In this document: piece after piece, positions 1 to 8,989 of the stretch | Layout: each line of letters opens with the position of its first letter | Position numbering within the stretch: position 1 is the stretch's first letter | DNA from: a phage | Reading direction: 5' to 3' (one strand) | Length of the DNA: 64,000 nucleotides | Assembly: GCA_024571205.1 (NCBI GenBank) | Contig: GCA_024571205.1_4523.1 | Made by a program: the position numbers and the translations under genes | Notes under the pieces: generated by a model | What the model was told of the DNA's origin: nothing | What the model saw: the letters and a program-made list of their open reading frames with translations, nothing else | Databases searched by the model: none

Positions 1-227
1 AAATCGTGATTCAGGGCAAGACTCGTAAAGCTTTGACTGAAGAGCTAGCACAAATCGAAATGTACAAAGAACATGTCGATAAACTGGTGGGTCTTAACAT
101 CTTCCATATCACTTCCGACGAAGCACGTAAACTAGCAGAAGAAGCTAAAGCTAAGAAAGAAGAAAATGAGTATTGGAAGTCTACTGATGTTGTGACAGAG
201 TACACTAAAGACTTGGAGGCACTTTGA
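1..227 (+). CDS. 3' end of an early gene entering from upstream (partial); by synteny possibly topoisomerase II medium subunit, gene 52
   Basis: Open frame runs to the window edge, stop at 225-227, hairpin terminator follows at 304-324. Identity inferred only from T4 gene order upstream of motA. Confidence 0.35.
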   Translation, partial: IVIQGKTRKALTEELAQIEMYKEHVDKLVGLNIFHITSDEARKLAEEAKAKKEENEYWKSTDVVTEYTKDLEAL

Positions 228-303
228 GTGCCCTAGCCTTAGGATTTCTCGGTGCAATAGCTGCACTAGTGATTTGGCTGTATTGGTTGGACAAACATGA
301 TTA

Positions 304-324
304 GGGAGCTTCGGCTCCCTTTTG
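304..324 (+). terminator. rho-independent terminator (UUCG tetraloop hairpin)
   Basis: GGGAGC-TTCG-GCTCCC stem-loop (304-319) followed by TTTT. Confidence 0.6.
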
Positions 325-345
325 TGCATTTTTTCTCACAAAACA

Positions 346-375
346 GTTTACATGTGCTTCAAACATGATATTATA
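346..375 (+). promoter_or_regulatory. T4-type early promoter
   Basis: GTTTACA (-35 region 347-352), 16-nt spacer, TATTAT (369-374); 38 nt upstream of the ATG at 414. Confidence 0.5.
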
Positions 376-413
376 GACCTATCAAAACAAAACAGCCAAA
401 TTGGAGAAATAAA

Positions 414-629
414 ATGTCTAAAATGAAATTAACCCAAAACACAACTACTCGTTTCGGTAAAGTTAAACCTGGTATGAATGCTCTCCGTAAAGCACTTGTT
501 GAAGAATTAAATTTCTTAGAAGTTGAAATCAATTCTTTAGTGGTTCGCGGTTCAAATGGACATCATTTAGAAAAGCTTCGTTCTAAAAAGGCAAAACTTA
601 TTAGCCTTATTAAAGAAATGAGTTTGTAA
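414..629 (+). CDS. small early hypothetical protein upstream of motA
   Basis: 71 aa ORF with SD ggag 8 nt upstream and an early promoter at 346-375. The promoter-leader-start (MSK) segment is duplicated at motA. Confidence 0.5.
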   Translation: MSKMKLTQNTTTRFGKVKPGMNALRKALVEELNFLEVEINSLVVRGSNGHHLEKLRSKKAKLISLIKEMSL

Positions 630-666
630 ATTTTACCAGGGCTTTTGAAAAAGAGCCCAAAATAAA

Positions 667-696
667 GTTTACTTTTGCTTCAAACATGATATTATA
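667..696 (+). promoter_or_regulatory. T4-type early promoter for motA
   Basis: GTTTACT -35, 16-nt spacer, TATTAT -10 (690-695). Near-identical copy of the 346-375 promoter. Confidence 0.5.
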
Positions 697-731
697 GACC
701 TATCAAACAAATACTAATTTGGAGAAATAAA

Positions 732-1364
732 ATGTCTAAAGTTACTTACATCATCAAAGCTTCTGAAAACGCTCTGAATGAAAAAACTGCTGCAATAATG
801 GTTTATATCATTAAGAACAACTTCACCACTGCTGCCAATGTCCGTGAAGCTCTGAAAGCGGAATACAATGCATCGGTTGTTAACTCTAACATTGGTGTAT
901 TGATTAAGAAAGGTTTAGTCGAAAAATCCGGTGATGGACTTGTGGCAACCGGCGAAGCAATGGATATTATCCAAAAAGCTGCAGACCTCTTTGCCCAAGA
1001 AAATGCTCCAGAACTTCTTCAGAAACGTAACACCAGAAAAGCACGTGGAGTTACTCCTGAAATGCATGAATTAGCAAACTTTGTTTTTGAAAATATTAAA
1101 GATAAAGTTGAAGTTAAAGAAATCGGTGAAAACCGTAGTAACTTAGAAGTTCGATTCGCTAAACGAGTTCTAGGCATTCGCCAAATTGAAATTCGACGAG
1201 ATGGCGCTCTTAGAATCTTTGCATACAACATGTCAGAAACTGAATCAAAGCTGTTTACTTCTCTTGAAAATGATGTTAAGATTAAGATCGGTGGTAAATA
1301 TACTTACATTGACTTCCCTAATGTGTCTAAAGAAATCATTACCCTTGTAACTAACGTACTGTGA
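732..1364 (+). CDS. motA: MotA, activator of middle-mode transcription
   Basis: 210 aa, MSKVTYIIKAS...NSNIGVLIKKGLVEKSGDG, near-identical in length and sequence to T4 MotA as recalled. Confidence 0.9.
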   Translation: MSKVTYIIKASENALNEKTAAIMVYIIKNNFTTAANVREALKAEYNASVVNSNIGVLIKKGLVEKSGDGLVATGEAMDIIQKAADLFAQENAPELLQKRNTRKARGVTPEMHELANFVFENIKDKVEVKEIGENRSNLEVRFAKRVLGIRQIEIRRDGALRIFAYNMSETESKLFTSLENDVKIKIGGKYTYIDFPNVSKEIITLVTNVL

Positions 1365-1374
1365 GGAATACATA

Positions 1375-1704
1375 ATGAATAAGCTGAATATTATTAACGA
1401 ACTTCGTAAATGTGCAGAACCTACTCAGGAAGGATGGGATATTTGGTACCACGGGGCTTATTTAGGGACAATTGTAAAGATTAAAGCAGGCCAATATACG
1501 GTTATTCGTGAAAATAATGACGCGCCATTTGGCCTTCGTAAAAACTACATGGCAGCGATCAGTTCATTTGTTGATGCAGCTTACGAAATCTATAAAGAAG
1601 ATTATAAAGAATATCAGCAGTCACAACCGGTTATTCGTTCGATTGGTGTAAATAAACAAGCACAAAAATCTATTTGGCAACGTATTAAGGAATGGTTTAA
1701 ATGA
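1375..1704 (+). CDS. hypothetical early protein (motA-asiA block)
   Basis: 109 aa ORF, SD gagg upstream, position equivalent to the T4 arn.x small genes. Confidence 0.5.
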   Translation: MNKLNIINELRKCAEPTQEGWDIWYHGAYLGTIVKIKAGQYTVIRENNDAPFGLRKNYMAAISSFVDAAYEIYKEDYKEYQQSQPVIRSIGVNKQAQKSIWQRIKEWFK

Positions 1705-2162
1705 AAACTTTTAAAGAACGTTTAGCTCTGTTAGATAAAGCTTTGTCGCGTGAGACTCCGGAAAGTCTGGCTGCTAAATTAGCTTCTTACGGTGGTGAAT
1801 ATACAGAACAAAATGTTTTAGACGAAGTTCCTGAAATCTGTTGGCAGACTCTGTATTGGGATGAAAACCAAAAGTATCAACGACGAATTGTCTGCGCAGC
1901 CAACCGTTTTAAATTAAAAGATGGACGAACTCTTATTATTCCAGGTGCTCGTCATTATTCTAAAGATATGGCAGAAGTTTTAGATGTAGTTAAACCTCAA
2001 TTAGTTACTCAACAAGTTTGTGATGATGACCAAGGGTTTATTGACCAATATAGTAATTATTGGACACGTGAAGAAGCAATGATTATTGCAACTTACGCTG
2101 GACAAGTACGTATTGAACGTGGTGGTAATGAAAAAGAACTTTACTCTGAGGACCTTTACTAA
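1701..2162 (+). CDS. hypothetical early protein
   Basis: 153 aa ORF, ATGA start/stop overlap with the upstream ORF (translational coupling). Confidence 0.55.
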   Translation: MKTFKERLALLDKALSRETPESLAAKLASYGGEYTEQNVLDEVPEICWQTLYWDENQKYQRRIVCAANRFKLKDGRTLIIPGARHYSKDMAEVLDVVKPQLVTQQVCDDDQGFIDQYSNYWTREEAMIIATYAGQVRIERGGNEKELYSEDLY

Positions 2163-2443
2163 TGAATCTTAAACAACTCCAGATTGATGCTATTGAAGCC
2201 CACATTAATCATATCAAACGCCTGAATGTTATGATGGAAGAAAATTATGGTATGTATGCTAATCAGCCTGGTTGGGATGCTTTAGATCATCCTTATTTGG
2301 TTAATTTATGTAAAGGTGATACGTTAGCAATTATTCGTGATGGGTTAAAACCTTTCTTGCGCGACATGTATATTAAAATGAACGAAGAAATTATTAGCTC
2401 GTTGCAATATCAATTAAGGAAATTAGATGATGAGAATAATTGA
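2162..2443 (+). CDS. hypothetical early protein
   Basis: 93 aa ORF abutting the previous stop. Confidence 0.5.
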   Translation: MNLKQLQIDAIEAHINHIKRLNVMMEENYGMYANQPGWDALDHPYLVNLCKGDTLAIIRDGLKPFLRDMYIKMNEEIISSLQYQLRKLDDENN

Positions 2444-2654
2444 TTCTAAAGCAGATTATTTTAATTCTGTTAATGATAAGAATAAAGCTTTAATTCGCCA
2501 CTTTATTACTGAGATGGGTTATACTGACTCTAAAGATTTGAAAGAGCACATTATCGAATGTTCTGTGGCTAAAAAGTTTTCTTTCACAGACAAATGTTTA
2601 AATGAGGTTATAAATCATTATGAACAATCTTGTAGCAAAACACGATTTCAATAA
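2427..2654 (+). CDS. hypothetical early protein
   Basis: 75 aa ORF overlapping the previous ORF end by 17 nt. Confidence 0.45.
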   Translation: MMRIIDSKADYFNSVNDKNKALIRHFITEMGYTDSKDLKEHIIECSVAKKFSFTDKCLNEVINHYEQSCSKTRFQ

Positions 2655-2728
2655 GGCTTCTGTCCATAAGGACAAGAAGAAATCAGAACTTCAATCTAAA
2701 CGCAAACAAAAACATAAGGGTAAAGACT

Positions 2729-3028
2729 ATGCTTACTAAAATCAAAGAAAATCCTGCCACTGAACTTGTTATTCGATGTGAAGAACTTGCAGAGCTTTAT
2801 CAGGTTAACCGAGAAGTGTGTCGTAGTGTTATCGTAGATATGGAAGATGAAGTCTGTTCTCGTATTCCTTTTAGTGTCGATTTCAACCATATGAAGCCTG
2901 GTGAAATCACTATCGTCTTTGGTTCTGACTATACTGAAGAACGGGCTCTTAATGTCCTAGAATATGAAATGTCGTTCTTTGACATACAGGACTACATTGA
3001 TAGTTATAAGGAACAATATGAGTCATAA
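2729..3028 (+). CDS. acidic small protein; possible Arn-like anti-restriction protein by position and composition
   Basis: 99 aa, strongly acidic (DMEDEV, EYEMSFFDIQDYIDSYKEQYES), located just upstream of asiA where T4 carries arn. Assignment not verified. Confidence 0.4.
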   Translation: MLTKIKENPATELVIRCEELAELYQVNREVCRSVIVDMEDEVCSRIPFSVDFNHMKPGEITIVFGSDYTEERALNVLEYEMSFFDIQDYIDSYKEQYES

Positions 3029-3179
3029 TCTTCAGAACGTAGTAGAGGCCGAACGTGAGCGTGAGGCTTTAATCTATGATGAACTATTGGCCTCGTTCTT
3101 AGCCTTACACTCGTACGAACAGGAAGACTACATTGATTACGTTAAAAGCGTAGAAAAAGCCGTTTACAATCAACACTGA
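3018..3179 (+). CDS. small hypothetical protein (53 aa)
   Basis: ATG at 3018 after SD aagga; the longer track ORF (from 2964) overlaps the preceding gene, so the internal start is preferred. Confidence 0.35.
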   Translation: MSHNLQNVVEAEREREALIYDELLASFLALHSYEQEDYIDYVKSVEKAVYNQH

Positions 3180-3225
3180 TAATGGTACTATACTCCTAAC
3201 AATTAAGTGGAATGAATAAAACGTT

Positions 3226-3498
3226 ATGAATAAAGACATTGAAATCGTACGTGAAATTATTACTATTGCTTCTATTTTGATTAAATTCTCTAGGGAAGAT
3301 ATTGTTGAAGACCGAGCAAATTTCATCGGATTCTTGAATGAGATTGGAATTAAAAAAGATGGTCGGCAGCTAAATCAGAATTCGTTCAGAAAACTAATTA
3401 CAAATTTAACTGCCGAAGAAAAGAAAACACTGATTAGTGAATTCAATGAAGGTTTTGAAAATATTTATCGCCATTTGACGATGTATTCTAACAACTAA
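3226..3498 (+). CDS. asiA: AsiA anti-sigma70 factor
   Basis: 90 aa, MNKDIEIVREIITIASILIKFSREDIVEDRANFIGFLNEIG, matches T4 AsiA in length and sequence as recalled. Confidence 0.92.
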   Translation: MNKDIEIVREIITIASILIKFSREDIVEDRANFIGFLNEIGIKKDGRQLNQNSFRKLITNLTAEEKKTLISEFNEGFENIYRHLTMYSNN

Positions 3499-4158
3499 TT
3501 ATTTAGCCCGCCCTAATATCCTTGCTGCTTGGTTGCATATTGCAGCCAAGCGTTCTTCATTTAGCACATCCGATCCCTTATACCAATACATAGAAACAGT
3601 TCCCGCATATATGTTATCCAAATTGAAGTAAGGACAACTATACATATACGCCAGTTCCGGAGTTTTTGATTTGGTAGGTAAGAAAGCAAAATCTGTTTTA
3701 GAAGTAAAGTGAAGTCCACTTAAATGGACCGAATATTCTGCTGTCGTTTTATCAACAGGAAATCCTCCCATAGATTTTTCAGTTACTGTGCTAGGTAACT
3801 TACCTTCATACGCAATAAGGTCGACGAAATAATTTAGATTTTTAGGTCTGAAAGAATACACCGAACTAAAATCCGCCCTTGATGTGACGTGGACTATTTG
3901 TAGTTGTTCTAAAGCCGCAGATTCAAATCGTGTATTTCTTTCTTTTTGAATTACTTCTGTGTAAGTATCATATTTCGACCTCACGTAATAATCCATAAAA
4001 ATATTCCCTTTGTACCATATTAGTGCCATTAGGAACAAAAGAACTACAACAGCAACTCTTGAAATAAGAATATTTCCAGAGGCGTTATCTTTGAAAATGC
4101 GGTCTAGCAACCCAAATAAAATATCACTAGGCGAAAATGATACTTTTGGTGCTGCCAT
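3499..4158 (-). CDS. t: holin t
   Basis: MAAPKVSFSPSDILFGLLDRIFKDN...CPYFNLDNIYAG...ARILGRAK matches T4 holin. Start set at the second ATG (4158), 4 nt after SD GGGAGG; late promoter at 4178-4185. Confidence 0.9.
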   Translation of the reverse strand: MAAPKVSFSPSDILFGLLDRIFKDNASGNILISRVAVVVLLFLMALIWYKGNIFMDYYVRSKYDTYTEVIQKERNTRFESAALEQLQIVHVTSRADFSSVYSFRPKNLNYFVDLIAYEGKLPSTVTEKSMGGFPVDKTTAEYSVHLSGLHFTSKTDFAFLPTKSKTPELAYMYSCPYFNLDNIYAGTVSMYWYKGSDVLNEERLAAICNQAARILGRAK

Positions 4159-4177
4159 ATTACCTCCCATTTATCAA

Positions 4178-4185
4178 TATTTATA
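4178..4185 (-). promoter_or_regulatory. late promoter (TATAAATA) for holin t
   Basis: tatttata on the plus strand = TATAAATA on the minus strand, about 20 nt upstream of the t start. Confidence 0.5.
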
Positions 4186-4203
4186 ATTGAGAGGTATTAT
4201 CGT

Positions 4204-4983
4204 TTAAATCCAGGAGCCGTAGATTGTGCCTGTAGCACCCCATGACGGTGAACTTCCGAATACTGCTCTGCCAGGAGCACCACCGCCAGATCTAGATAAG
4301 TGATTACCCCATCCATCTCCGCCACGACCTCCAGCATCACCGCCATTGCCTCCGCCGAATTGGGAAGTGTAACCGGCCCCGCCCGGGGCGTCATAACTAG
4401 CATTACCACCCGGCCAATTAACGCCACCTCCGCCGATGCCAAATGGTCTACCACCACCGCCACCTGCTGTAGCATTTGGCGCCCAGCTATTCTGTAATGA
4501 CACTGCACCACCTCCGCCACCGCCTGATGCAATAACACCATAGTTCCAAATACGAAGTCTTCCGCCGATATCATTTTGGATTACATCGCCACCATTAGTG
4601 CCTGGGTTTCCGTTTACAGTACCGTTACCACCTCGTCCCCACATATGAACTCCACCATGAATATTCAAAGTAACATATTCATTTGGCGTATCGCCATACA
4701 TAAAGAATAATGGAACATCTTTACTATATGATACCAAATTTCCGGTGATATTAAACACTATAGGTGCACTACCTGCCTCAAAACATCTATCTCGGAACCA
4801 TTGACCGTTGAAGTTATGGTCTGCTCCAAGTGTGTGAATTATTTCTCTTGAACGGCCCGCGAATTGGGACATCCATGAAGGGTTTCCTAAACGAAGTTCC
4901 CTTGAAGCAGCCGTCATCCATCTTTGTCCCGTTTCAGCAACGGCTGAAGTCCCAATCCAACCAGGGATTCCTACTACTGCCAT
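4204..4983 (-). CDS. 38: gp38 tail-fiber adhesin, T2 type, with glycine-rich motifs
   Basis: 259 aa, [24 protein letters not shown]-terminus and C-terminal half with repeated GGGGG motifs, directly downstream of gene 37. T2-type adhesin rather than the T4 chaperone form. Confidence 0.85.
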   Translation of the reverse strand: MAVVGIPGWIGTSAVAETGQRWMTAASRELRLGNPSWMSQFAGRSREIIHTLGADHNFNGQWFRDRCFEAGSAPIVFNITGNLVSYSKDVPLFFMYGDTPNEYVTLNIHGGVHMWGRGGNGTVNGNPGTNGGDVIQNDIGGRLRIWNYGVIASGGGGGGAVSLQNSWAPNATAGGGGGRPFGIGGGGVNWPGGNASYDAPGGAGYTSQFGGGNGGDAGGRGGDGWGNHLSRSGGGAPGRAVFGSSPSWGATGTIYGSWI

Positions 4984-5013
4984 ATAAACCTCCAGGGCCC
5001 GAAGGCCCTTTTA

Positions 5014-8000
5014 TTATTTTATCAATGATTTAATTAATGCTTTCAATTCGGTAATTTCAGATTTCAATTCCTTGATTTCATCTGTATGCTCGTTTATTGC
5101 AGCTGTATTTAAACCAATAATACCGTTATAGTTCAAACGAAGCAGTCCGGTCTCTTTATCTTCAGAAACAAGTTCAGGTAATACTTCTTGAACTTCCTGA
5201 GCAATTAAACCTGCGGACGGTTTAACTTCGTCTGTAACAGAGTTTTTAAGCAGATAAGTATAACCGCCCAATAGTTTAGATTTCTCTTGAGCGTTCTTAA
5301 TAAGCTTAATTTCCGACTTACAACGAATATCAGAACGAATATAAACGTCGTTAACATCAATGTTATCACGAACATACATACCTGCATTACAGTGGAAGTT
5401 AACATCACCGAATGTCTGAGCTAAACCAGGTCTAAAACTAAACACACCTTGGCCGTTTGCATATGCGTTGAAAATACCATCGTTTTCCCAAAGCAAACCG
5501 GTATCGTTATCTCCAAGTACAATACACGGCCCGCCCCATGCAGGGTCACCACCACCAGCTGATACTCTACTGCTCTTAAGTAAGCTTGGAGCATAAAAAG
5601 TACCGTTATGATGGAATTCATATACAGCTTGTGGGTCGTAACCGTTTTCCTGATTACCTACACGAATAATACCTTGTGCCCATGTATTAGTAATGCGTCG
5701 CATACCAAAATCTACACCAGATATGTATCCTTCATTAGTAATACCGGATTTTCCTTTAATAATAGGATAATAACTATCATTACCAACATTACCAAAATCT
5801 ACAAATACCGGTGCTTCTTGATTCCATTGATTTCCCCAACCACCGCCCTGGTGTGCGGCCCATTGTGTACCGTTTATATGGAGGCGGTCTCTATTAAAAT
5901 TAAATGTTCCTTGGCCTTGAGGAGAAAGTGATATTTCTCCGTTATTTGTTATATATACACCGCCTTGTGTAACATAACTGTAAAAACCTAGACCATTGTC
6001 GGCACCGCCTTTACCAATATACCAATTATTGGCCCCGGCCGTATCAGAACGAATAAATGATGAATCACTGGTCAAAGGAGGATTAAGAACTATTCCAGCG
6101 GCATCTTTATTAATCCAAAGAGTGCCGGTCATCGTGTCGCCTTCTTTCGAAACACGAGTCGCAATAGCATCGCGAATATTTGTAGTATCACCGGCAGAAG
6201 TAAACGTTTTCCAGATATCAGACCAGATATTACCATTGCGAGCAATAGTAGCTTCACCGCCGCCAACAGAAACGTTATCTGGGAAGTTAACAGTACCGTC
6301 TTGATTAAAACGAGACGTATGGCCTTGTGATCCATCTTCTTTCAGATGATGAATAACGAATGTACCCGAATTAATTTCAGTACCTAAAGACCAAACGGCT
6401 TTACCATTTAAAAACTTCTGTTTAACAATAGGATAATATTTGCTTACAGCATCATCATCAATTTCCTGGAAAATAGGAGCCGCTTGGGCATATTGAATAT
6501 CATATCCACCTGCGCCAGCGCCATGTCCAACAAATTTAATATATCCGTTTGCTGCGAACGTATTGTAACTTGATTGTAAATCTGGAATAGTAACTTTACC
6601 AGTATCTAAAGCCAAACTAAACGGGCGAAGTGGGCCGATATCACCATTTTTGCCTTCGCCATAAGCAGTTGGAATAATATGAAGACTTCCTTCTGAACGT
6701 CTAAAAATGGCTCCATAATCTGCGTTCCAAATACGAAGAGCATTCACTGCTCCAGATGAAATTTCACCTGTTGTGTGAACTCCTCTATCTCCAGCAGTAA
6801 CACCAGATGATTCAAATGAACCATTAACGTTCATTTCTACTTCGCCAGTAGTAAGTCTTTGAATATAGCTCATCCAGCTAGTTGCATCAGAAATTTCCAT
6901 AACGTTTTTACGGATACCTCCGCTTGGATCAACAAACGTATTACCCCAAACTTTAATATCCATATTATCAACCGAGCTGTATCCTGTTGTGTTGCCTCTA
7001 AACATTAGTGTAGAAGAATTATTTCTACCATCTATATTTACAGAACCGCCAATAACGTCAATATTACCAGGAGTAACTAACAAACCGCCGTGAGTATTAA
7101 TGTTTGTAGTACCCTTGCCGCGGAAATAATGATGATAGTTACCGCCTTGATAATATCCCAAAAGAGTCTGACCATCTCCAAACGCGTTATTATCGTGATA
7201 TGTCACAACAGTAGCAAGAGCATAGTTTTCAGTTGGAGGAGTAGTTAAATCGGTTCCATTAGTAGAATATCCAGCTACAAATTTTCTTAGGCTAGTTGTT
7301 TCGCTAGGATTAAATAAAAACGTTTTTGTTCCATTATTAACGCTGAAATAATATCCGTCTTGATGCCATTTAAATCCAGTATCATTATCTCCTAAAGCAA
7401 TGCTAGATGGTCCTAATATTGAATAATCTTTATTACCTGGTGTTAAACCGATAGAAATTGAGTGACTTGATTTAATTCCGCCGCTCCAGGTAAATGACCA
7501 AAGATAAGCATCTAATCCATCTCCACTATACCAAGTTATTCCATCATTATCTTTAACTTCATGGAAAATACCAGAACCAACGGCATTACGCATGACACGA
7601 AGATGATTAATAGCAGTAGTGCTTTCAGACAATGGAACATTGTCTGCCATCGAATAGATGTCATAATCACCCGTAGATTTATTATTAGTAATGACTTTGT
7701 TGGTTAGAATTTGTGGAGACGAAATAGATTTCCATGCTGATACTTCAGGTGAAGTAAATAGTCCACTGCCTGAAAATGCATAAGTGCTTTCGCTACCAGC
7801 GGCATAGTCTTGAACCCTGATATTAAGTACTTGTGTAGTTAAACCATCATTAGCCGGGGCATAAATGATTCCGCGTTCGCGACTATTGTTATCGAAAAAA
7901 CGAACATGTGCTGTGCCTGAACTTTTTGTAATAAGTTCACCGCCTTCAGTCATAATCTGCCCGGCGGCAATAATATCGCGAGTTACTCGAGCAATACCAG

Positions 8001-8265
8001 TTAAATTAAAATTACCCGTCTGTGTGAAGACGCCATTTAAAGTATAATCACCAGTTTGGTTGTAATTGCCAGTATGAATAACATTCCCGTCAATACTACC
8101 ACCTTTAGCAAAACCTAGATCAATAATATTTCCTTGGTCATCTTTAGTAAAAAGTACACGGTCTTTTAAGTTTATAGCCAATTCACCTTCGGCTAATACT
8201 GAAGCGGCAGGACGTGCTCCTGCAGTTTTGCTTCTTTTAAATTGTATTTGTTTTAAAGTAGCCAT
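5014..8265 (-). CDS. 37: gp37 long tail fiber distal subunit
   Basis: 1083 aa, MATLKQIQFKRSKTAGARPAASVLAEGELAINLKDR N-terminus as in T4 gp37. C-terminal ~120 aa resemble an intramolecular chaperone domain ending in a coiled coil (EIKELKSEITELKALIKSLIK). Confidence 0.9.
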   Translation of the reverse strand: MATLKQIQFKRSKTAGARPAASVLAEGELAINLKDRVLFTKDDQGNIIDLGFAKGGSIDGNVIHTGNYNQTGDYTLNGVFTQTGNFNLTGIARVTRDIIAAGQIMTEGGELITKSSGTAHVRFFDNNSRERGIIYAPANDGLTTQVLNIRVQDYAAGSESTYAFSGSGLFTSPEVSAWKSISSPQILTNKVITNNKSTGDYDIYSMADNVPLSESTTAINHLRVMRNAVGSGIFHEVKDNDGITWYSGDGLDAYLWSFTWSGGIKSSHSISIGLTPGNKDYSILGPSSIALGDNDTGFKWHQDGYYFSVNNGTKTFLFNPSETTSLRKFVAGYSTNGTDLTTPPTENYALATVVTYHDNNAFGDGQTLLGYYQGGNYHHYFRGKGTTNINTHGGLLVTPGNIDVIGGSVNIDGRNNSSTLMFRGNTTGYSSVDNMDIKVWGNTFVDPSGGIRKNVMEISDATSWMSYIQRLTTGEVEMNVNGSFESSGVTAGDRGVHTTGEISSGAVNALRIWNADYGAIFRRSEGSLHIIPTAYGEGKNGDIGPLRPFSLALDTGKVTIPDLQSSYNTFAANGYIKFVGHGAGAGGYDIQYAQAAPIFQEIDDDAVSKYYPIVKQKFLNGKAVWSLGTEINSGTFVIHHLKEDGSQGHTSRFNQDGTVNFPDNVSVGGGEATIARNGNIWSDIWKTFTSAGDTTNIRDAIATRVSKEGDTMTGTLWINKDAAGIVLNPPLTSDSSFIRSDTAGANNWYIGKGGADNGLGFYSYVTQGGVYITNNGEISLSPQGQGTFNFNRDRLHINGTQWAAHQGGGWGNQWNQEAPVFVDFGNVGNDSYYPIIKGKSGITNEGYISGVDFGMRRITNTWAQGIIRVGNQENGYDPQAVYEFHHNGTFYAPSLLKSSRVSAGGGDPAWGGPCIVLGDNDTGLLWENDGIFNAYANGQGVFSFRPGLAQTFGDVNFHCNAGMYVRDNIDVNDVYIRSDIRCKSEIKLIKNAQEKSKLLGGYTYLLKNSVTDEVKPSAGLIAQEVQEVLPELVSEDKETGLLRLNYNGIIGLNTAAINEHTDEIKELKSEITELKALIKSLIK

Positions 8266-8273
8266 AAGTCCTC

Positions 8274-8930
8274 TTAATAATAGCCGAAATCTTGAACAGA
8301 ATCCTTAATAACAATTTGGTCAAATCGTGGAACATGCGAGGGTTGAGATGCAGGATTCTGTGAGAAAAAGTTTGGGGCGGTTAGCGCGCCGGTCATCGTA
8401 TCTCCTGAACGGAGTACACGACTGTTTGCATTAGCATTAACTGTATTTATTTGACTATCAACATAATCTTTGCGAGTAAGGTCGTAATTATTTAAAGGTG
8501 CTAACGTTGTGGCTCTGAATTGAGATGCTTCAATAACGCCTTTAGAACTTATATTACCGGTGCGAGTATCAATTACAGCGGTTCTTTCACCTGTACCTTG
8601 AGATGATTTAAACCCAATACCATACCACGAAACAATATCCATGTTTGTTTGGTCGAATGTCGCGGCGTCACCACCACCAGAAAAAATACCATTCGTTTGG
8701 TCATCTGCTGTTTTGACTGCAACACCTTCATTAAAGATTACCTTTTTGAGATATGCCCCACCGTTTGCTTTAGATACGAAATCGTTATCAGCAGCCTGTG
8801 GTTTATTGTATTCAGTATATAATTTAAATGTTTTGTATAAGATGTCATCGCCAGCTGGCATTAAAGGAAAATTGCCTTGATGCCATATGACGGAACCACC
8901 AATTGTACTTCCGGCTTTTAAATCGGCCAT
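8274..8930 (-). CDS. 36: gp36 long tail fiber distal connector
   Basis: 218 aa, position between 35 and 37, late promoter at 8957-8964. Confidence 0.85.
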   Translation of the reverse strand: MADLKAGSTIGGSVIWHQGNFPLMPAGDDILYKTFKLYTEYNKPQAADNDFVSKANGGAYLKKVIFNEGVAVKTADDQTNGIFSGGGDAATFDQTNMDIVSWYGIGFKSSQGTGERTAVIDTRTGNISSKGVIEASQFRATTLAPLNNYDLTRKDYVDSQINTVNANANSRVLRSGDTMTGALTAPNFFSQNPASQPSHVPRFDQIVIKDSVQDFGYY

Positions 8931-8956
8931 TTCGTGTCTCCTTATTAATATTAAAG

Positions 8957-8964
8957 TATTTATA
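8957..8964 (-). promoter_or_regulatory. late promoter for gene 36
   Basis: TATAAATA on the minus strand, 27 nt upstream of the gp36 start. Confidence 0.5.
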
Positions 8965-8988
8965 CGCGAAAAGGAGACCGAAGTCTCC
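8965..8988 (-). terminator. rho-independent terminator after gene 35 (minus strand)
   Basis: GGAGAC-CGAA-GTCTCC hairpin (8973-8988) followed on the minus strand by UUUU, then the gene 36 late promoter. Confidence 0.55.
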
Positions 8989-8989
8989 T

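Noticed and set aside
355-361. TGCTTCA as a functional MotA box (also at 676-682)
   Set aside because: Only about 7 nt separate it from the -10 element (MotA boxes need 11-13); the spacing fits a sigma70 early promoter with GTTTAC -35 instead.
4204-4983. Glycine-rich ORF as a low-complexity artefact or collagen-like protein
   Set aside because: The conserved N-terminus ([11 protein letters not shown]...) and the position after gene 37 identify it as the T2-type gp38 adhesin; the poly-Gly runs are its glycine-rich motifs.
4995-5013. Hairpin between genes 37 and 38 as a transcription terminator
   Set aside because: The T-run lies on the plus-strand side while both flanking genes are on the minus strand, so it is more likely an mRNA stability or processing element; not annotated.
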